Shown: one piece after another, positions 6,327 through 13,551 of the stretch
Layout: the number at the start of each line of letters is the position of its first letter
How positions within the stretch are numbered: the first letter of the stretch is position 1
Virus record (IMG/VR): IMGVR_UViG_3300045988_099754
Span: 1-15,488 of that record
DNA length: 15,488 nucleotides
Source of the DNA: a virus
Strand: one strand, 5' to 3'
Made by a program: the position numbers and the translations under genes
The notes under the pieces: model-generated
Database searches by the model: none
Told to the model about the DNA's origin: nothing
What the model saw: the letters and a program-made list of their open reading frames with translations, nothing else

Positions 6327-6331
6327 TTTTA

Positions 6332-6360
6332 TTTACAAGCAGTTCTATTTGTGTTATGAT
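6332..6360 (+). promoter_or_regulatory. Late (lysis and structural) operon promoter
   Basis: TTTACA at 6332-6337, a 17-nt spacer, then the extended -10 TGtTATGAT at 6352-6360. SD AAGGAGGTGG and the holin ATG at 6381 follow. Confidence 0.65.
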
Positions 6361-6380
6361 AGAAAAAAGGAGGTGGTAAT

Positions 6381-6605
6381 ATGCAGGAAATCATGACAAT
6401 GATTAACACTTTAGGCGTACCAACAGCCGTAGCTATAGCTTCTATGTGGTATGTGAAATATCGAGAAGATAAAAATGATGAACGCCTAGAGAATTTGAAT
6501 GAAGCGCATAAACAGGAAATGACAGATATCACAGAAGCGTTGAACAACAACACACTTGCGCTTCAAAGAATATGCGATACATTTGAACAAAAAAGGGAGG
6601 ATTAA
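6381..6605 (+). CDS. Holin, BhlA/UviB-like (74 aa)
   Basis: A single N-terminal transmembrane segment (LGVPTAVAIASMWYV) is followed by a charged coiled-coil tail (KYREDKNDERLENLNEAHKQE...), the BhlA-family layout. The gene lies directly upstream of the endolysin. Confidence 0.6.
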   Translation: MQEIMTMINTLGVPTAVAIASMWYVKYREDKNDERLENLNEAHKQEMTDITEALNNNTLALQRICDTFEQKRED

Positions 6606-6607
6606 AC

Positions 6608-7597
6608 ATGGCAGTAAAAAAAGCAGTAGACATTTCATATCACAATGGGGTTATTGATTTTGAACGATTAAAAAACGCTGTAGACTATGTTATCATTCGT
6701 TGCGGATATGGACAAGATATGGCATCACAGGATGATAAACAATGGATTCGAAATGTTGGTGAATGTGAAAGATTAGGAATTCCATACGGAGTATATTTCT
6801 ATTCCTACGCAAAAACAACAGCAAAAATCGAGGGCGAAATTAGACACTGCCTTAGATTGTTACAAGGTCACACACCTACTCTTCCTGTATTTTTCGACAG
6901 TGAAGAAAAAGGAACGCAAGGAGTTGCAAAGCACAACGCAAAGCGTTTTTGTGATGCGATGCTGACGAACGGTTATAAGGCAGGAATCTATGCTAGTAAA
7001 TCATGGTTCGAGAATTATATTGGCGAAACATGGGGATATGATTTATGGATAGCTCGGTACGCGAATGTGTTAGGTGTAGATAATGTGGACATATGGCAGT
7101 ATTCCAGTAATGGCTCTGTTGACGGTATTAATGGAAGATGCGATGTGAATCACGTGTATAAAGACTATGGAGCTTCAAGTGCTACGCCTACTATACCGCA
7201 GCCCCCTACTAGTCAAGCAAAATCAAGAAATGAATTAATTGCTTTAGGTCAACAGCACGCTATTAATTTTACAGGTATTCAGATTGCTGTAGACGGGATT
7301 GTTGGGAGAAACACAAAAAGAATGGCTGTACGTGTCGTGCAAAGAGCTATGAATGCGGATTATGGTTATACCATTGCAGAGGACGGAATTGTAGGCAAAA
7401 AGACAAGAGCAAAAGCAGGAAAGCATTATGTCAAGCGAGGAGAAACGCAGTATCTTGTCACAGCTCTTGAAATCTTGTGTTTGTTGCAAGGAAAAGACCC
7501 GAACGGTGTCGAATGTCCGGGAACATTTGGCGGAGGTCTTGCACGCGCTTGTGGTAGTGGATTTGTCTACGCAAAAGATATGCTATATATGTTATAA
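6608..7597 (+). CDS. Endolysin: GH25 muramidase plus two peptidoglycan-binding repeats
   Basis: N-terminal GH25 hallmarks: VDISYHNG, IIRCGYG, FFDSEE, WIARY, IWQYSSNGSVDGINGRCDVN. The C-terminus has two PG_binding_1-like repeats (VDGIVGRNTKRMAVRVVQRAMN and EDGIVGKKTRAKAGK). Confidence 0.9.
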   Translation: MAVKKAVDISYHNGVIDFERLKNAVDYVIIRCGYGQDMASQDDKQWIRNVGECERLGIPYGVYFYSYAKTTAKIEGEIRHCLRLLQGHTPTLPVFFDSEEKGTQGVAKHNAKRFCDAMLTNGYKAGIYASKSWFENYIGETWGYDLWIARYANVLGVDNVDIWQYSSNGSVDGINGRCDVNHVYKDYGASSATPTIPQPPTSQAKSRNELIALGQQHAINFTGIQIAVDGIVGRNTKRMAVRVVQRAMNADYGYTIAEDGIVGKKTRAKAGKHYVKRGETQYLVTALEILCLLQGKDPNGVECPGTFGGGLARACGSGFVYAKDMLYML

Positions 7598-7600
7598 TTT

Positions 7601-7639
7601 CTATTCACGTGAAGCAAAAAATGTTTCACGTGAAACATT
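7601..7639. promoter_or_regulatory. parS: parS-like site 5 (perfect) with a degenerate upstream copy
   Basis: CTATTCACGTGAAGCA (7601-7616, 12/16) and AATGTTTCACGTGAAACATT (7620-7639, perfect core at 7622-7637). The centres are 21 bp apart. The pair lies between the endolysin and tail-lysin genes. Confidence 0.7.
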
Positions 7640-7659
7640 TTAAGGGGGGTAGTAAAAAA

Positions 7660-8667
7660 ATGCCAAATATTAATGTAGCGTATCAATGGGCGGTCAATGC
7701 GTGCAATGCCCCTAATATTGGCTATTCACAGCAATACCGAAGAGGGCAGACCGTGAACGGCATTACTTATTATGATTGCAGTTCTTTTATATCAAAAGCG
7801 CTAACAGAAGCAGGATTTTTCTCACCGAACCCATGGTTCACGACAAGAACCGAGGAGGGCTATCTATTACAGGCAGGGTTTAAAGAAATCAGCATTAATG
7901 AAGCGTGGCAGGCAGGGGACATTGTTTGGCGTAGCGGTCACACGGAAATGGTATATAGCGGAAATGGTGTTGGAGGTGGAGGTGTCACCATGGGAGCGCA
8001 CAGTGGGCGTTATCCATTGCCCGAACAAGTAAGTATTAATTCCCATGTGTCGAAACCGTCCGCTTGGACAAAGATATATAGATATGGTGACAGTGCAGGA
8101 ATGCCCCTTGAATGGATTCACGGAAACCGTTATCTCACAGAAGATGAAATGAAAAACAACGCTTATGTATTCTATAGCACAATGTTTTTTAAAGATTTCA
8201 CTTTGAACGCTATTGCAGGAATGTTAGGTAATATGGAGATAGAATCCAATATCAATCCCGAATTATGGCAGTCACTAAAAGAGGGAAACTATAACGGTGG
8301 TTATGGACTTGTACAATGGACTCCAGCCACAGTCTACACAGACTGGGCGAACGCTCACGGGTATGATATCACAGACGGTTACTATCAATGTGTTTGGCTC
8401 GATGAAGAAACAGTAAGTAGTGGACAGTGGATTGAGACCACGAAATATCCGATATCGTGGGAAGAGTTTAGAAAGTCCACAAAAGAACCTGATTATCTCG
8501 CGTCAGTATTTCTAAAAAATTTCGAGCGTGCAGGAGTAGAAAAAGAAGAGGAGCGGAAAAAGAACGCGCTAAAATGGTATGCATATTTGCAGACATTATC
8601 ACCCTACCCAATCCACCCACATTCAAGAAAAACAAAAATGCCTCTTTACTTTTTCTTTCCGTGGTGA
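7660..8667 (+). CDS. Two-domain peptidoglycan hydrolase, probably virion/tail-associated (335 aa)
   Basis: The N-terminus resembles the Amidase_5-type Cys/His hydrolase of streptococcal phage lysins (YSQQYRRG...YYDCSSFISKALTEAGF...GDIVWRSGHTEMVY; compare Dp-1 Pal YSMDFRDG..YDCSS...GDIF..GHTGM). The C-terminus resembles the phage tail lysozyme domain (LGNMEIESNINPE...GGYGLVQWTP). I place the start at ATG 7660 after GGGGGG/AGTAAAAAAA. The ORF-track start at 7609 would read through the parS palindrome. Confidence 0.75.
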   Translation: MPNINVAYQWAVNACNAPNIGYSQQYRRGQTVNGITYYDCSSFISKALTEAGFFSPNPWFTTRTEEGYLLQAGFKEISINEAWQAGDIVWRSGHTEMVYSGNGVGGGGVTMGAHSGRYPLPEQVSINSHVSKPSAWTKIYRYGDSAGMPLEWIHGNRYLTEDEMKNNAYVFYSTMFFKDFTLNAIAGMLGNMEIESNINPELWQSLKEGNYNGGYGLVQWTPATVYTDWANAHGYDITDGYYQCVWLDEETVSSGQWIETTKYPISWEEFRKSTKEPDYLASVFLKNFERAGVEKEEERKKNALKWYAYLQTLSPYPIHPHSRKTKMPLYFFFPW

Positions 8668-8720
8668 TATAATAAAATTTGTAAAAGGGTGACACCAAAT
8701 ATAAGGAGGTAAAATATTAT

Positions 8721-9002
8721 ATGGAATTTACAGAAGCTTTAGACGAATTAATTGATGCCGTGGCAGACGTAGAGGAACACGGAGACGCTATTGAATTCTT
8801 GCAGAACTACGATAGTGAAAGAAGTGACGAAACGGACAGCGAATGGAAAGATAAGTATACTAAACTCGAAACCGAGTACAAAAAACGCTTTAAGGAGCGC
8901 ATGAAAGAATCTGCTACTAACGCAGGTGGTGAAGAAAAGAAAGATGAAAAAGAAGAAAAAATTACCGTTGAAGATTTGGACTTTGATGGTAAGACAGAAT
9001 AA
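8721..9002 (+). CDS. Scaffolding protein (phi29 gp7-like, 93 aa)
   Basis: Small, very acidic and predicted helical, immediately upstream of the capsid gene. The C-terminal EKITVEDLDFDGK parallels phi29 gp7 ETITIEDLEAK. Confidence 0.7.
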   Translation: MEFTEALDELIDAVADVEEHGDAIEFLQNYDSERSDETDSEWKDKYTKLETEYKKRFKERMKESATNAGGEEKKDEKEEKITVEDLDFDGKTE

Positions 9003-9020
9003 AAGGAGGTGCTATTATAA

Positions 9021-10289
9021 ATGGCAGATGCAACAAATAAAAATATTTTAAAAGCGATAAGACAGGAACTTTCTTTTGAGGTGCAGAATCATTTACCTGT
9101 GGAAGTTTCAGACAATTTACAGAGTGTTTATGATAATATTCTGAATTATGCCCCTGTTAGAAATGAAATTGTACCATCATTAATTAATCGTATTGGTATG
9201 CAGACCGTGGACAGCATCGCGTGGAGAAACCCGTTAGCGCGGTTCAAAAAAGAGCCTATGCGTTACGGTGAAACGCATGAAGAGACATACGTGAATATGT
9301 GCAAAGGACGTGTCTATGATTCACAAGCAGATTTTAAATTTGCATTTCAGCAGTATCAGTCTTACATCATGAGCGTGTTTCACAATGTCAATCTTGAAAT
9401 TCAGTATCCTGTTACTGTTACTTACGACAATCTGAGAAAAGCTTTTACAAGCGAATATGGAATCCGTGATATGATTATGGCAAAAATGGAGAGTGCTATC
9501 ACAGGTGCGAACTGGGACGAATATCTTGCTATGCGTGATTTGATTAATGTTGGCTATGAAAAAGAGGTGCTTCCAGCAGTGACCGTTGACGCGATTGTCG
9601 ATGAAGCATCGGCGAAAAAATTACTGATTGAAGTAAAAAGAGCAGTTGGCGAGTTTGGTTTTCCGTTGCCTGAAAACAACCCAGCAGGGGCGACTTCTCA
9701 TGCTATGCCTACCAACCTTATTTGGATTACAACGCCTGAAGTTAATGCTCAGATTAGCGTTGACGCATTAGCATATGCGTTCCATATGGACAAGGCAGAC
9801 GTAGCAGTTCAGACGGTCATTGTAGACAAATTTGCCAATGACGCAATACAGGGAGTTCTTTGTGATGTGCGATTCTTCAACGTGCGCGACCAGTTCAAGG
9901 ACATGACAGACCAACGACTTGCGAATGTCTTATCTTGGAACTACTTCTATACACAGGTGGAAATGGTAAGCGCAAGTCCGTTCTATCCGATTCGTGTATT
10001 TACAACAGATACGGTTGTTGATGCACCGACTCTTAGTGTTAAGGCAGGAACTTACACAGCAGGACAGACACAGGAAGTAGAGGTCACTGTCACAGGTGGA
10101 ACAGGAACATATCATCAGAATTTAGTTACTCTTGAAGTAGACAGCGGTGCTACCTCAGCTAAGACGTATGTAATCCCCGGTACACATCTCTTACACACGG
10201 GAGCGGACGAGACGGGAACAATTGTGTTAAAGGCAATTTACAGACCTAATGAGACTATCACAAAAACAGCTAGTTTCACAAAAGCGTAA
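9021..10289 (+). CDS. Major capsid protein (phi29 gp8-like) with a C-terminal Ig-like domain
   Basis: SLINRIGMQ, NPLARFKKE, LRKAFTS, WDEYLAMRDL, ALAYAFHM and SWNYFYTQ parallel phi29 gp8 (SLVDRIGL, NPLKKFKKG, LKTAF, DEYEYMKLL, LAKAFNM, YWNYYYH). The C-terminal beta-rich segment TLSVKAGTYTAGQTQEVEVTVTGGTG... looks like a BIG2-type domain. Confidence 0.9.
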   Translation: MADATNKNILKAIRQELSFEVQNHLPVEVSDNLQSVYDNILNYAPVRNEIVPSLINRIGMQTVDSIAWRNPLARFKKEPMRYGETHEETYVNMCKGRVYDSQADFKFAFQQYQSYIMSVFHNVNLEIQYPVTVTYDNLRKAFTSEYGIRDMIMAKMESAITGANWDEYLAMRDLINVGYEKEVLPAVTVDAIVDEASAKKLLIEVKRAVGEFGFPLPENNPAGATSHAMPTNLIWITTPEVNAQISVDALAYAFHMDKADVAVQTVIVDKFANDAIQGVLCDVRFFNVRDQFKDMTDQRLANVLSWNYFYTQVEMVSASPFYPIRVFTTDTVVDAPTLSVKAGTYTAGQTQEVEVTVTGGTGTYHQNLVTLEVDSGATSAKTYVIPGTHLLHTGADETGTIVLKAIYRPNETITKTASFTKA

Positions 10290-10310
10290 ATTTAACGGAG
10301 GTATTTATCT

Positions 10311-11927
10311 ATGATAAATTTACCAGTACAGGGAGGGGTCGCACCACGCGACCCCGAAACAAAATTGAGATTATATAGCGGAGTGCCATGGTCTGATGAA
10401 TATGAACACGTTAGACTGTATAACTCAAAAGATGATTTATTGAACCATTTAGAGTTATATCGTAAACGCATTAACGGTATTGATTTATCACATCTTGCCC
10501 CTATAAAGGTCGGGAGTTATGATATTCGTGTACCTTTCACAGAAATGAAAGCACTTAATCTAAATTATTTAGCTTTCCAGAATAGTGGTATTTCTAATGA
10601 ATGGGTATTTTGCTTTATTGACTCTATCGAATGGTTATCAGAAAAAACAACTAGAATTAACTTCTCTTTAGACGTTTTTCAGAACAATTTTTATAGCGCA
10701 AATATTAAGCCATGCTTTGTAGAATATCACCATATCCCAAGAAGTGCTGACGGGATAGGGGTAAATATAACACCCGTAAATATCGAAACAGGTGAAACAA
10801 TCGTATCACGTCATAAAAAACTAGACTTAACACCGACGGAATGTTGTGCTTTTGTAACAAGAGGAACATCCGAACAGAGTTGGTTTGAGGGTCGGGTGGA
10901 AAATGGCGTTTATTGTTGGGGTAGTATTGGTCATTATGACGTAACTACAGATGATGGTCTAAAAGGAATTAATACACTGTTAGAAGATTATAATACCCAA
11001 GGCGCGCAAGATGCAGTAATAGGATTGTTCATGTCTCCTAAATTATGTACACTTGCATTGGGAGGAAAAGAGATAAAACCAAAAATAACGTCCATGCAAA
11101 TTTCCGACAACGTTTTTGAGGGCTATAAACCGAAGAACAAAAAGTTATATTCTTATCCATGGTTATTTTGCTTAGCTGACAACAACCAAGGTAATACACA
11201 TATTTACAGATATGAATACAGTTATAACCGAGATAAATCTCTTGAGTTCGAAAGCTACGGAACAATAGCAACATTACCGCAAGTTTTGACAGCACCTAAA
11301 AATTATAAAACACGCGAAGAACTAGGACACGGATTAATGAACGAAGCTCTTATTAACTCCTCATTTCCTATGTGTTCTTTTTCCTCTGACACTTATCGCG
11401 CATGGCTCGCGCAAAACAAAAGTTCTATAGCTCTATCACAAGTTCACACCGCCGTAGATGCTACCATAGGAACAGGCACAGCTATAGCAGGCTTGGCAGG
11501 TGGAAGTTTACAAGGAGGTCTTAGCGGTCTTGGCAAAACAACAAACGCTTTTTGGGACGCGCTTGGAATGTTAGCGAATCAGACAGACAGGGCAAGGAAC
11601 GCAGGAGTTACACATGGCAAAGCATTATCAGAAAATGTGTTGACTGGAATCAAAGAATGCGGTGTTGATTTCTATGAAATGTCCTGTAAAAAACAATTTG
11701 CGGAAATGGCAGATAGCTTTTTTGAGCAATTTGGTTACCCTATTAATAAGATTACTACCCCTTATTTACATTCGAGACACTATTGGAATTATGTGAAAAC
11801 CTCTCATTGCGGATTCACGGGTAATATTGAATTAGACCAGTTGAAAAAATTGAGAAATATATTTGACAACGGTGTGACTTTGTGGCATACTGATGATATA
11901 GGGAACTATGGTCTATCCAACGATTAA
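10311..11927 (+). CDS. Tail knob / distal tube protein (phi29 gp9-like)
   Basis: N-terminus: YLAFQNSGISNEWVFCFIDSIEW...FSLDVFQNNFY versus gp9 YIMFQNADYGNKWFYAFVTELEF...FEIDVLQTWMF. C-terminus: FFEQFGYPINK...NYVKTSHC...LRNIFDNGVTLWHTDDIGNY versus FFHKYGYKINR...NYVQTKDC...IRTIFDNGITLWHTDNIGNY. Confidence 0.88.
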   Translation: MINLPVQGGVAPRDPETKLRLYSGVPWSDEYEHVRLYNSKDDLLNHLELYRKRINGIDLSHLAPIKVGSYDIRVPFTEMKALNLNYLAFQNSGISNEWVFCFIDSIEWLSEKTTRINFSLDVFQNNFYSANIKPCFVEYHHIPRSADGIGVNITPVNIETGETIVSRHKKLDLTPTECCAFVTRGTSEQSWFEGRVENGVYCWGSIGHYDVTTDDGLKGINTLLEDYNTQGAQDAVIGLFMSPKLCTLALGGKEIKPKITSMQISDNVFEGYKPKNKKLYSYPWLFCLADNNQGNTHIYRYEYSYNRDKSLEFESYGTIATLPQVLTAPKNYKTREELGHGLMNEALINSSFPMCSFSSDTYRAWLAQNKSSIALSQVHTAVDATIGTGTAIAGLAGGSLQGGLSGLGKTTNAFWDALGMLANQTDRARNAGVTHGKALSENVLTGIKECGVDFYEMSCKKQFAEMADSFFEQFGYPINKITTPYLHSRHYWNYVKTSHCGFTGNIELDQLKKLRNIFDNGVTLWHTDDIGNYGLSND

Positions 11928-11939
11928 GGAGGTGATATT

Positions 11940-12839
11940 ATGCGAAACCCTTTAAGAGTTTTTGAAAAATGTAAGAATAAAAAAATCATTGATGATTTTG
12001 AAACAATCAAAACAATTTATTTCTATGACATTTTCGATATATTTGTAAATCGGTATCAATGGCATAACTTGCCTGAAGAAATTTTACCAATGTACATTGA
12101 ACAAACACTATTTTGGCATGGACTTGGTGTATTCATCAAAGACGATATCGCAGGATACGCTTTTATGAAAGTTGCATTATCGGGTTTGCCCGATATTTAC
12201 AATATTCCTCAAGATAGAATTGCTTACACAGCTAATGGCTATATAGAGGAATACGGTAAAGAAAATAGTTGTATATTATGGAACAATTACTCAACAATGC
12301 CGTACTACTACAAAGCTTTAATGTACGCTGACAGTATGGCGAATACTTGGAAAACAAAAGGAATTAATATGTATGCACAGCGTACACCTGTTGCACTTTC
12401 CTCATCAGACAACGAAAAACTGAGCTTTGAAGTTGTAGGCGAAGAATACGACAACTATTTACCTATTCTAAAACTTTCCGATTCGTTAAACTTAAAAGAT
12501 ATTAAAGCTTTGAACATGGGCGCACCTTACATTGTTGATAAATGTGAACAAGAATTGAGAGATTTATGGTCACAAGTGCTAACATCTTTAGGATATGAAA
12601 GTAACCCAGTAGAAAAAGGAGAGCGCCTTGTAACTGGTGAGACAGCAGGAAACAACGGACAGATTGAAGCCAATAGAAATGTTGGACTGACATTAAGAAG
12701 AAGATGTGCGAACGCTATTAACGAATTATGGGGACTCAATGTGTCCGTTGATTTCAATAGCGAGTTGCCGACCATGATTAACGGATATATACCCGAAAAA
12801 TATATGCAAAAAGGGAAAGAGGGTGACGAGATTGAGTAA
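11940..12839 (+). CDS. Head-tail connector / portal (phi29 gp10-like, upper collar)
   Basis: YQWHNLPEE, AQRTPVAL, APYIVDK, KGERLVTGE and INELWGLNVSVDF match phi29 gp10 (FEWENLPP, AQKTPVLI, APYVVDK, KKERMVTDE, INELYGLNVKVKF). Confidence 0.92.
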   Translation: MRNPLRVFEKCKNKKIIDDFETIKTIYFYDIFDIFVNRYQWHNLPEEILPMYIEQTLFWHGLGVFIKDDIAGYAFMKVALSGLPDIYNIPQDRIAYTANGYIEEYGKENSCILWNNYSTMPYYYKALMYADSMANTWKTKGINMYAQRTPVALSSSDNEKLSFEVVGEEYDNYLPILKLSDSLNLKDIKALNMGAPYIVDKCEQELRDLWSQVLTSLGYESNPVEKGERLVTGETAGNNGQIEANRNVGLTLRRRCANAINELWGLNVSVDFNSELPTMINGYIPEKYMQKGKEGDEIE

Positions 12840-13533
12840 ATACACTACAACTATAAAAGATATTTGTGAAAGCTTTATCCCACCACAAGAATTATGGAGC
12901 ATGGATTTATCTGTTCAAAGAATCATTGATAAAACACAGAGCAAATTCTTTGACTTTGATTTTCCTTTTTATTCTGAGGATAGGAAAGACTTGTATACTT
13001 TTAAGGTATACTTTTTACTTAGGTATTGGAATAATTATATAGGCTTTGAAACTCTAGGAATGTGGAAAACAGCTTTTATGGCAAAAATGCATGAACTTAC
13101 TCCATATTATACAAAATTGTATAACGCGATTCAAAATGATAACCCTTTTACAAATGTAAATATAACAATAACAGAAGCAGAAAAAGAAAACGAAAAAACA
13201 ACAACTAATTCAACAGATGCAGGACAAAGCGAAGTAAAAAACAACCAAAATTATCAAAATATTGATAGTGATAACCCACAAGTTACCGTAGCAACACAAG
13301 ATTATGCAAGTGCTATGAGCAGGGGAGAAACCATCAATAACACTACGACAACGGCAAACAATAACCATGCAGGAAACGACAACAAAGACAGCAAAAGAGA
13401 CAGAGACACAAAAGAGATAGGATTGAGAGGAAAATCAACAAGCGAAGCAATAGCAGAATATCGTGAGCAAATTCAAAATATCAACAGAGAACTTGTAGAA
13501 GCTTGTCGCGATTTATTCATGAAAATTTGGTAA
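12832..13533 (+). CDS. Lower collar protein (phi29 gp11-like position)
   Basis: Directly follows and overlaps the connector gene, as gene 11 follows gene 10 in phi29. It has an N/T-rich central loop region. The start is ambiguous: GTG 12823 (ORF track) has almost no SD spacing, while TTG 12832 lies 5-7 nt after AGAGGGTGA. The call is mainly from synteny. Confidence 0.55.
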   Translation: MSKYTTTIKDICESFIPPQELWSMDLSVQRIIDKTQSKFFDFDFPFYSEDRKDLYTFKVYFLLRYWNNYIGFETLGMWKTAFMAKMHELTPYYTKLYNAIQNDNPFTNVNITITEAEKENEKTTTNSTDAGQSEVKNNQNYQNIDSDNPQVTVATQDYASAMSRGETINNTTTTANNNHAGNDNKDSKRDRDTKEIGLRGKSTSEAIAEYREQIQNINRELVEACRDLFMKIW

Positions 13534-13551
13534 AAAAGGGGGGTGAGATAT

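Noticed and set aside
7609-7659. N-terminal extension (MKQKMFHVKHFKGGSKK) of the tail-lysin ORF
   Set aside because: This start has no SD and reads through the parS palindrome. The internal ATG at 7660 has a G-rich SD at proper spacing. Similar trimming was applied at 2297 to 2306, 5072 to 5081 and 13543 to 13552.
8679-8705. Possible internal promoter (TTGTAA ... TATAAG) ahead of the scaffold gene
   Set aside because: The spacer is only about 15 nt, both hexamers are weak, and the -10 overlaps the SD. Read-through from the late promoter is the simpler explanation.
6893-8830. Spo0A-box-like heptamers (TGNCGAA / TTCGNCA) at 6893-6899, 6963-6969, 7507-7513, 8048-8054 and 8824-8830
   Set aside because: About seven or eight matches to this degenerate 7-mer are expected by chance on both strands of 15.5 kb. 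All hits are inside coding sequence and none is near a promoter. They are not evidence for phi29-style Spo0A control, although that remains worth testing given the parS array.
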